From NCBI GenBank assembly GCA_905194675.1, contig CAJJTG010000001.1, positions 75,632 to 139,631 on the forward strand: 64,000 nt of DNA, written 5' to 3'. The notes below the pieces were generated by a model, which searched no databases, had not been told where the DNA came from, and was given only the letters and a program-made list of their open reading frames with translations. The position numbers and the translations under genes are program-made. This document shows positions 37,991 through 45,488 of the stretch, piece after piece. Positions within the stretch are counted from its first letter, which is position 1. Every line of letters begins with the position of its first letter. The stretch is from an uncultured Collinsella sp. (GTDB lineage: Bacteria > Actinomycetota > Coriobacteriia > Coriobacteriales > Coriobacteriaceae).

Positions 37991-39448
37991 ATGAGCGATA
38001 GCCAGAACATGTCCGATGAGGTGCGCGCCTGCCTGCGCGCCATTCCTTCCGTCAACGAGCTGCTTGCCGAGTGGCCGGTGGTGAAGGCTGCGGGGGAGAC
38101 CTGCGACGCGGTGGTGCATGCCGGCGTGACGGCTGAGCTCGACGAGGAGCGCGCCGCGATTCGTGCCGGTGCCGCCCCGCGTTCCAAGCGCGAGCTGGCC
38201 TCGGCCATCGAGTGGCGTGCGCATCGCTCCGCACTGCCGAGCCTGCGCCCCGCCGTCAACGCCACGGGTGTGGTCATCCATACCAATCTGGGCCGTGCCC
38301 CGCTTGCGGAGTCGGCGGCAAAGGCCGTGGCCGAGGTTGCGCGCGGGTATAGCACGCTCGAGTACAGCGTCGACACCTGTTCGCGCGGGTCGCGCAAGGA
38401 GCACGCCGCGCAACTGATCCGCTCGCTCACCGGTGCCGAGGACGCGCTCGTGGTCAACAACAACGCCGCTGCGGTGCTGCTGGTGCTGGCAACCCATGCC
38501 GCGGGCAAAGAGGTCATAGTCAGCCGTGGCGAGCTTGTTGAGATCGGCGGCAGCTTCCGTATCCCCGACGTCATGGAGGCCTCGGGTGCCAAGCTCGTCG
38601 AGGTCGGGGCCACCAACCGCACGCATCTGGTCGACTACGAGCGTGCCATCACGCCCGATACGGCGATGATCCTTAAGGTCCATCCTTCTAACTATCGCAT
38701 CGAGGGTTTCCACGAGGAGGTGGGTTCTCGGGAGCTTGCGGCGCTTGCTCACAAGCATGGCCTGCTGTTCTACGAGGACCAGGGGTCGGGCGCGCTGTTG
38801 CCCGACGACATCTTGGTGCACGGCGGCGAAGAAACCACGCCGGCTTCGGTTTCGGCAGGGCTCGATCTGGTGTCGTGCTCGGGCGATAAGCTGCTCGGTG
38901 CCGCACAGGCGGGCATTATCATGGGCCGTCGCGATCTGGTCCAGGCCTGTGGGTCGCATCCGCTTATGCGCGCTCTGCGTCCGGGCAAGTTGGCGCTCAC
39001 GGCGCTCGAGGCCACACTTCGCATCTACATGGACGGTGCCGACGTGGCCCATCGCGATATTCCGGTGCTCAGCATGCTCACGCTGCCGCAGGCCCATTTG
39101 GAACGACGTGCCCGCAGGCTGCGCGATCGTATGGTCGCCGGGCTCGATAAGGCCGGCTCCCCGTGTGCCGTGCAGGTGGAAATCGTCGAGGAATCGTCGA
39201 CCCCCGGTGGCGGCTCGCTGCCTACCGTGGAGCTGCCCACGATGTGCGTTGCCGTGCGTCTTGTTGACGTGCGCCTGTCCGTCGACGCGCTCAAACGCTC
39301 GCTCGTTCAAGACTTCGACACGCCGGTCGTCACGCGAACCTCGCACGATCGCATTTTGTTTGACGTCCGTACGCTTGTGGGCGACCGCGATATCGAGACG
39401 GCGGCGTCGACGCTCGTCGCGTGCGTTGAGAAGGCGGTGCGCCGATGA
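37991..39448 (+). CDS. selA: L-seryl-tRNA(Sec) selenium transferase (selenocysteine synthase)
   Basis: 485 aa. SelA-like throughout (NATGVVIHTNLGRAPL; SGDKLLGAAQAGIIMG PLP-Lys region). RBS gaaagg. Confidence 0.85.
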   Translation: MSDSQNMSDEVRACLRAIPSVNELLAEWPVVKAAGETCDAVVHAGVTAELDEERAAIRAGAAPRSKRELASAIEWRAHRSALPSLRPAVNATGVVIHTNLGRAPLAESAAKAVAEVARGYSTLEYSVDTCSRGSRKEHAAQLIRSLTGAEDALVVNNNAAAVLLVLATHAAGKEVIVSRGELVEIGGSFRIPDVMEASGAKLVEVGATNRTHLVDYERAITPDTAMILKVHPSNYRIEGFHEEVGSRELAALAHKHGLLFYEDQGSGALLPDDILVHGGEETTPASVSAGLDLVSCSGDKLLGAAQAGIIMGRRDLVQACGSHPLMRALRPGKLALTALEATLRIYMDGADVAHRDIPVLSMLTLPQAHLERRARRLRDRMVAGLDKAGSPCAVQVEIVEESSTPGGGSLPTVELPTMCVAVRLVDVRLSVDALKRSLVQDFDTPVVTRTSHDRILFDVRTLVGDRDIETAASTLVACVEKAVRR

Positions 39449-41412
39449 GTGAGGTCGAAGCGTTGGTGGAATGCCCCGTTATCGTAGGTACGGCGGGCCA
39501 CGTCGATCACGGTAAGTCGGCACTGATCGAGGCGCTGACCGGCAAGAATCCCGACCGTCTGGAGGTTGAGCGCCGTCGCGGTATGACGGTGGAGCTGGGC
39601 TTTGGCGAACTGGCGCTGCCGAGTGGCAAGATCGTTGGCCTGGTCGACGTGCCGGGCCACGCGCATTACTTGCGCGCCATGGTGCAGGGCGCCACGGGTA
39701 TCGACGTGGCCGTGCTGGTGGTTTCGGCCGTCGAGGGCGTGATGCCGCAGACCCGCGAGCACGTGCATGTGCTGGAGCTGCTGGGCGTCACACACATGGT
39801 GGTCGCGCTGACGATGTGCGACCTGGCCGACGCCGAGATGACTGAGCTTGCCGAGCTCGATGTCGATGATTTTTTGTCGGACACCGTGTTTACGGGCGTG
39901 CCGATCGTGCCCGTGTCGTCCAAGACCGGTGCGGGAATCGATGACCTGCTGGCTGCGCTCGACGAGCAGGTTGCCGCTTGCTGGGGTGCCTGCCGTGCCC
40001 GTGCCGAGCTCACCGATGCCGCACCGCGTCTGCCCATCGACCGCTGCTTTACGATCAAGGGCGCCGGTACCGTGGTGACGGGAACGTTGCACGATGCGCC
40101 GGTTGCGGTGGGCGATGAGCTCGTCGCGCTGCCGTCGCGTACGGTCTGTCGCGTGCGCGGGATTCAGGTGCATGGCGATACGCCGCGGGCATTGCCCGGT
40201 CAGCGTGTGGCGCTCAACTTGGTGGGCGATGCCGTCGCCGCGCTCGATCGCGGAGAGATGCTCGGCGTGGAGGGTCACTTTGGCCAGACGCTGCGCTTTG
40301 TGATGATGTTTACGTATCTGGGTCGCGAGGGCGCCAAGCCGCGCGTGCTCGAGTCGGGTGCGCGCGTGCACGTGATGGCCGGTACGGCCGAGGTTGTCGG
40401 TCGCATCATGCTTTTGGAGGGCGAGGCCCCCATGGCGGTGGGAGAGACGCGAGTGGTGCAGGTACGCTTGGAGGAACCGCTGCCGCTGCGTGCCGGGGAT
40501 CATGCCGTGGTGCTGTCCTATTCGCCCGTGATGCTTATTGGCGGCGGGCGCGTGCTGCTTTCGCGCTGCCGTCGCTCGCGCGAGCTTGCTGATGGGGAGC
40601 GTGCACTGTATGCGGCGCTCGAGTCCGGCGATATCGCGGGCGGTGTGGGCGCTTGGCTGGCGCTGCAGGCGCTGCCGGTTACGGCGGTTGATGTTGCCGA
40701 GGCGCTGGATCTTGGCGTCGGCGAGGTCGATGCCGTACTGCGCGGGTTGGTGGCGCAGGGCTCCGTTCGTAAACTTGCCGCGGGTGATTCGGACCTCTTG
40801 GCGGACGCCGTGGTGCTCGACGCCGCGATGGATGCACTGGCAGCGACCTTGTCGGCCATGCATGCCGCGGCTCCCAAGGAGACGGGCTTTACGCCCGGCG
40901 CCGTTGCCCATGCTGCGTGGCCTTCCGCTGATGAATGTGTTTCCGCGGCTCTGCTTGCCGAGGGCTGTTCGCGTGGCGTGTGCGCCGCCGAGGGTGCCGA
41001 GGTGTTCGACCCGCACTCGGCCGCCGCTGCCGCACGCGTGGTGCATGAGGCATGCGAGCGCATTGTGGCGCTGCTTGATGAGACGGGCCTCGATGCGCCG
41101 ACGTTGCCAGAGGTAGGCGAGCAACTGCAGCTCGATCGCGACACCATGACGCGAGCTCTGCGCGAGCTTTCGCTTAACCGTTCCATCGTGAAGGTCGAGC
41201 GCGACGTTGCCCTGTCTGCCGCCGCCGAGGCCCATGCGCGCGAGCTTGTTGCCGTTGCCATTGAGGCAGCCGGTGGCGCTGCCACCACGAGTGTGTTGCG
41301 CGAGGCCCTGGGTGTGTCGCGCAAGCGTGCCATCAGCATCTTGGAGCACCTGGATGCCGTGCGCTTCACGGTGCTCGACAAGGAGGCTGGCGGCCTGCGC
41401 TCCCTGCGCTAG
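39445..41412 (+). CDS. selB: Selenocysteine-specific translation elongation factor
   Basis: Overlaps the selA stop (ATGA). GTAGHVDHGKSAL G1 motif, DVPGH and NKCD-like motifs, plus a long C-terminal winged-helix extension. Confidence 0.85.
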   Translation: MSEVEALVECPVIVGTAGHVDHGKSALIEALTGKNPDRLEVERRRGMTVELGFGELALPSGKIVGLVDVPGHAHYLRAMVQGATGIDVAVLVVSAVEGVMPQTREHVHVLELLGVTHMVVALTMCDLADAEMTELAELDVDDFLSDTVFTGVPIVPVSSKTGAGIDDLLAALDEQVAACWGACRARAELTDAAPRLPIDRCFTIKGAGTVVTGTLHDAPVAVGDELVALPSRTVCRVRGIQVHGDTPRALPGQRVALNLVGDAVAALDRGEMLGVEGHFGQTLRFVMMFTYLGREGAKPRVLESGARVHVMAGTAEVVGRIMLLEGEAPMAVGETRVVQVRLEEPLPLRAGDHAVVLSYSPVMLIGGGRVLLSRCRRSRELADGERALYAALESGDIAGGVGAWLALQALPVTAVDVAEALDLGVGEVDAVLRGLVAQGSVRKLAAGDSDLLADAVVLDAAMDALAATLSAMHAAAPKETGFTPGAVAHAAWPSADECVSAALLAEGCSRGVCAAEGAEVFDPHSAAAAARVVHEACERIVALLDETGLDAPTLPEVGEQLQLDRDTMTRALRELSLNRSIVKVERDVALSAAAEAHARELVAVAIEAAGGAATTSVLREALGVSRKRAISILEHLDAVRFTVLDKEAGGLRSLR

Positions 41413-41448
41413 ATTGGCTGCTCGGTTTGGTAAAATACCGCCGCACTT

Positions 41449-41545
41449 GGGAACGGATGGGCTCCGGTGGGCTCCGCGGTCCTCAAAACCGTTGCGAGGC
41501 GTGCAAAACGTCTTGGATGTGTTCGATTCACATACGTTCCCGCCA
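41449..41545 (+). tRNA. selC: Candidate tRNA-Sec (anticodon TCA), 97 nt
   Basis: Lies 37 nt downstream of selB. Acceptor gggaacg/cgttccc + g + CCA. 7-nt anticodon loop ccTCAaa. Long variable arm (aggcg-tgcaaaa-cgtct). T-arm atgtg-TTCGATT-cacat. By hand-folding the D-arm does not form a canonical 6-bp stem. Confidence 0.5.
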
Positions 41546-41699
41546 TACGCTACCAGCGCTTTTGTGCTCGCGGTCTTGCTGCGTGCCGCAAAGGCGCTGT
41601 TTTGTTTTTGCACGAGCTTTTCGAAGCGCCGTTATTTCGGCGGCTGTATTTAGCTTCGTGCACCGGGTTTCGAGCATGCCGATGGAGGTGTTTTGCCGT

Positions 41700-42332
41700 A
41701 TGACTACCGTAAGACGGGCCGATCTTTCTTGTGTCGTTCAAGCAGGCGGGTTGTCGTCGCGCATGGGCTGCGATAAGGCTCGCATGGCGTTTTGCGGCGA
41801 GCCGCTCATCGAGCGCGTGCTGGGTCGGCTGGCGCCAGTTGCCGGCGAGTTGGTCGTGACGACTTCGCGTCCCAGCGAGCTTGCCTATCTTGAGGAGCAC
41901 GCGTTTGGCGGCCTGGTGCCGCGTGTGGTGGCGGACCTTGAAGGACCGGCGGGCGCCATGCGCGGCATCGCGAGCTCGCTGGCCGCGGCCCGATTGCCGC
42001 TCGTGGCGATCGTCGCCTGCGATATGCCGTTTGTCTCGCCAGAGCTCATCGGCGCGCTTGCCGATCGTGTTGAGGCCGAGGCGCTCGACGTGTGCGTGCC
42101 GCGCGAGGAGCGGGGGATTGAGCCGCTTTGCGCCGTCTGGCGTCGTGACGCGTGTGCGCCGGTTGCCCAAGAGCTGCTCGTCTGCGACCGCCAGCGCATT
42201 CGATGCCTGATCAATCGCGTTCAGGCTGGTTATATGGATGAGCCGCAGATCGTTAAGGCCGCGGGCTCAACGCTCTGCTTCGAGAACGTCAATACGCCCG
42301 AGGAGTTTGCGGCGGCCGAGTTACTCGCCTAG
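41700..42332 (+). CDS. mobA: Molybdenum cofactor guanylyltransferase
   Basis: LSCVVQAGGLSSRMG N-terminus and C-terminal FENVNTPEEF match the MobA signature ends. Confidence 0.75.
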   Translation: MTTVRRADLSCVVQAGGLSSRMGCDKARMAFCGEPLIERVLGRLAPVAGELVVTTSRPSELAYLEEHAFGGLVPRVVADLEGPAGAMRGIASSLAAARLPLVAIVACDMPFVSPELIGALADRVEAEALDVCVPREERGIEPLCAVWRRDACAPVAQELLVCDRQRIRCLINRVQAGYMDEPQIVKAAGSTLCFENVNTPEEFAAAELLA

Positions 42333-42347
42333 ACGATGGGAGTTGCT

Positions 42348-42743
42348 ATGTCTCACGATATTTGCCCCGACACGGGGGAACCTTGCACTTGCGATGGGTC
42401 CGAACCCTGTACCTGCGGATGTGGTGGCTGTGGACATACCGCGGAAGAGGAAGCGGCTGCCGCGGCGTATCGTGAGGCACACCGCGAAGGCCCGTCCGGT
42501 GATGCCCTCGACCACGAACGCAAGATCATCGTGCCGTTCGACAGCACCTTCGATGTGATGGAATGCGAGCAGCTTTGCCTTGCCGCCGGTGTGCCCGGGC
42601 GCATCATGCCGCTGCCGGGCTCCATTACCGCCGGCTGCGGGCTGTGCTGGGCCATGCCGTTCTCCGGCGATGCCCTCGCCGCCTTCCGTGCCGCTACCGA
42701 AGGCCGTATAGCCCTCGCCGACTACCATCAGCTCGTCCTCTAA
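42348..42743 (+). CDS. DUF3343 paralog with an N-terminal Cys-rich extension
   Basis: C-terminal region IIVPFDSTFDVMECEQLCLAAGVPGRIMPLPGSITAGCGLCWAMP is paralogous to the protein at 2399-2650. N-terminus CPDTGEPCTCDGSEPCTCGCGGCGH. The RBS/start context GGGAGTTGCTATG is nearly identical to that of the first paralog (GGAGTTGCCATG). An alternative ATG lies at 42336. Confidence 0.55.
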   Translation: MSHDICPDTGEPCTCDGSEPCTCGCGGCGHTAEEEAAAAAYREAHREGPSGDALDHERKIIVPFDSTFDVMECEQLCLAAGVPGRIMPLPGSITAGCGLCWAMPFSGDALAAFRAATEGRIALADYHQLVL

Positions 42744-42751
42744 CCGCCAGC

Positions 42752-42865
42752 ACCACCACATTGGGGACAGGCACCTTTTGTGGTGGTTTCACTGCTTGAA
42801 TGGCCTTCTTGTGGCGTTACGAGTCAAAACCACCACAAAGGTGCCTGTCCCCAGTGTGGTGGTTT
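42752..42865. repeat. Large inverted repeat (two ~35-nt arms, each itself internally palindromic, separated by ~41 nt) in the DUF3343-gdhA intergenic region
   Basis: Left arm ccaccacattggggacaggcaccttttgtggtgg. Right arm ccaccacaaaggtgcctgtccccagtgtggtgg is its near-perfect reverse complement. Confidence 0.55.
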
Positions 42866-43077
42866 GGAACATGCGGACGAAACAGCTTCGAAACACGCGA
42901 TTTGCACGTTATGTGCTCAAAAACGCTTCTACCTGCATCGTAATCAAAATGAAACATGCGCCCGCGGTCTTATGCGAAACTTTGCTGCAACAGTGCGATA
43001 TTATCCATATTCGATAAAGCTCGCGGCGCATGGGGCGCCGCGAACGACACCTTTCTTTTCCATCAATTGGAGGAAGC

Positions 43078-44433
43078 ATGAGCTACACGCAGAAAGTTCT
43101 CGACGAGCTCAAGGCCCGCTATCCCGAGCAGCCTGAGTTCATCCAGGCCGCGACCGAGATCCTCGGCACCATCCAGCCGGCGCTCGACGCCCACCCCGAG
43201 TACGAGGAGGCCGCCCTGCTGGAACGCCTCGTCGAGCCCGAGCGCATCGTCATGTTCCGTGTTCCCTGGGTCGATGACCAGGGCAAGGTTCAGGTCAACC
43301 GCGGCTATCGCGTCGAGTTCAACTCTGCCATTGGACCCTACAAGGGCGGCCTGCGCTTTAACCCGACGGTCACCCTGGGCATGCTCAAGTTCCTGGGCTT
43401 GGAGCAGATCCTCAAGAACAGCCTGACCACCCTTCCCATGGGCGGCGGCAAGGGCGGCTCCGACTTTGACCCCAAGGGCAAGTCCAACAACGAGATCATG
43501 CACTTCTGCCAGTCCTTCATGACCGAGCTCTATCGCCACATCGGCCCCAACACCGACGTTCCCGCCGGCGACCTGGGCGTTGGCGGCCGCGAGGTTGCCT
43601 ACCTGTTCGGTCAGTACAAGCGCCTGACCAACGAGTGGACCGGCGTCCTCACCGGCAAGGGGCTCTCCTTTGGCGGCTCGCTGGCCCGTACCGAGGCCAC
43701 CGGCTACGGCTTGGTCTACTTTGTGGATGAGTACCTCAAGAGCCGCGGCGACTCCTTCGAGGGCAAGAACGTCGTCGTCCACGGCTCCGGCAACGTCGCC
43801 ATCTACGCGGTCCAGAAGGTCTCCCAGCTCGGCGGCAAGGTGCTGGCCTGCTCCGACACCCACGGCTGGGTCGAGGATCCCGACGGTATCGACTACACCG
43901 TGCTCGAGCATGTCTACAACAAGAAGCGCTCCGGCCACGATAAGGGCGTTACGCTTGCTATGTACGTTGACGAGAAGCCCAACGCCGTGTGGCACGAGGG
44001 CGACGGCCGTGGCGTGTGGCAGCTGCCCTGCGACATCGCGCTGCCCTGCGCTCGCGAGAACACGCTGCTGCTCGAGGACGCCCAGGCGCTCGTCGCCAAC
44101 GGCTGCAAGGTGGTCGGCGAGGGCGCGAACATGCCCACGACCATCGAGGCCACGACCTACTTCCAGGAGAACGGCGTTGCCTTTATGCCCGGTAAGGCTG
44201 CCAACGCCGGCGGCGTGCTCGTGTCCGGCCTGGAGATGAGCCAGAACGCCGAGCACCTGTCCTGGACCTTCGAGGAGGTCGACGGCAAGCTCGAGCAGCT
44301 CATGCGCGGCATGTTCCACAACGTGGACGACACCGCCAAGGAGTATGGCCAGGAGGGCAACTTTGTCATGGGCGCCAACATTGCCGGCTTCCTGAAGGTC
44401 GCCGACGCCATGATGGCCCAGGGCGTCTGCTAA
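43078..44433 (+). CDS. gdhA: NADP-specific glutamate dehydrogenase
   Basis: 451 aa. Glu/Leu/Phe/Val dehydrogenase signature region (LPMGGGKGGSDFDPKGKS). RBS ggaggaag. Confidence 0.9.
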   Translation: MSYTQKVLDELKARYPEQPEFIQAATEILGTIQPALDAHPEYEEAALLERLVEPERIVMFRVPWVDDQGKVQVNRGYRVEFNSAIGPYKGGLRFNPTVTLGMLKFLGLEQILKNSLTTLPMGGGKGGSDFDPKGKSNNEIMHFCQSFMTELYRHIGPNTDVPAGDLGVGGREVAYLFGQYKRLTNEWTGVLTGKGLSFGGSLARTEATGYGLVYFVDEYLKSRGDSFEGKNVVVHGSGNVAIYAVQKVSQLGGKVLACSDTHGWVEDPDGIDYTVLEHVYNKKRSGHDKGVTLAMYVDEKPNAVWHEGDGRGVWQLPCDIALPCARENTLLLEDAQALVANGCKVVGEGANMPTTIEATTYFQENGVAFMPGKAANAGGVLVSGLEMSQNAEHLSWTFEEVDGKLEQLMRGMFHNVDDTAKEYGQEGNFVMGANIAGFLKVADAMMAQGVC

Positions 44434-44478
44434 ATCCAGCTTGACATAGCTCCGCACAGCACCAGCTGATGCGCCTAA

Positions 44479-44511
44479 GGCTCCCGGCAATTCCTGCCGG
44501 GAGCCTTTTTC
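44479..44511 (+). terminator. Rho-independent terminator after gdhA
   Basis: ggctcccggca-attcc-tgccgggagcc followed by tttttc. Confidence 0.7.
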
Positions 44512-44573
44512 TATGGTGGTGAGGGTCGTGCGCCCTCGTTTGGTATACTTAGGGGTACTGGACAAGTAAAGAG

Positions 44574-45488
44574 ATGGGGGAGAACGTGCTCAAGTTCGGT
44601 ACCTACGTCCGTGTTGGAAACGCGGCCGAAGCCTATGAGCTCTTACAGAAGAACCGCAACAACAAGATTGTGGGCGGCGGCATCTGGATGCGCCTGGGAT
44701 CGCGTCGCGTGGCGACGGCGATTGACCTTTCGGCCTGCGGACTCGATCAGATTGAGGAGACCGAGACCGAGTTTCGTATCGGTGCCATGTGCACCCTGCG
44801 CCAGCTCGAGCGTCATGCCGGGCTCAACGCACTTGTCAACAATGCTTTTCAGTTCGCCGTCCACGACATCGTGGGCGTGCAGCTGCGCAATACCGCCACG
44901 GTGGGCGGCAGCATCTACGGCCGCTTTGGCTTCTCGGACGTGCTTTCGGCCTTTTTGGCGCTCGACTCGTACGTTGAGCTGACGGGTGCCGGCCGCGTGC
45001 CGCTGGCTGAGTTTGTGAACATGGGCTATGTGCGCGACGTGATCGAGCGCGTCGTGGTCGTCAAGCACGATTACCGTGCGAGTTACGAGGCCGTGCGCAA
45101 GGCCGCGACCGACTTCCCCTCGCTGAACGTCACCGCCGCCTGGTGGGACGGCTCCTGGCATGTCACCGTGGGCGCCCGCCCGCTGCGCGCAACCCTGCTG
45201 CAGGGCGAGGCGTGTGGCCTCGCCAGCGAGCAGCCTTCCGAGGACGAGCTGCGCGCCCTGGCCGCGTCCGTGCGTGCCCTGAGCTACGGCACCAACATGT
45301 GGGGCTCGGCCGACTACCGCCGCCGCATCTCGGCCCCGCTCGCCGTCCAGGCCGTGCGCCGCGCCGCTGGCATCGAGCTTTCGGCCGCGCTTGCCCGCGA
45401 GCTCGAGACCGTTCAGGTCCCCAAATATGCCACGGACGAGTATTCCTGCCGCCGCGTGCCCGGCGTCGATTCTAGCGAGGTGCGCTAA
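44574..45488 (+). CDS. FAD-binding subunit of a xanthine dehydrogenase-family molybdenum hydroxylase (CoxM/XdhB-like)
   Basis: 304 aa. N-terminal FAD-binding PCMH-type region (KIVGGGIWMRLG...ATVGGSI). Confidence 0.7.
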   Translation: MGENVLKFGTYVRVGNAAEAYELLQKNRNNKIVGGGIWMRLGSRRVATAIDLSACGLDQIEETETEFRIGAMCTLRQLERHAGLNALVNNAFQFAVHDIVGVQLRNTATVGGSIYGRFGFSDVLSAFLALDSYVELTGAGRVPLAEFVNMGYVRDVIERVVVVKHDYRASYEAVRKAATDFPSLNVTAAWWDGSWHVTVGARPLRATLLQGEACGLASEQPSEDELRALAASVRALSYGTNMWGSADYRRRISAPLAVQAVRRAAGIELSAALARELETVQVPKYATDEYSCRRVPGVDSSEVR

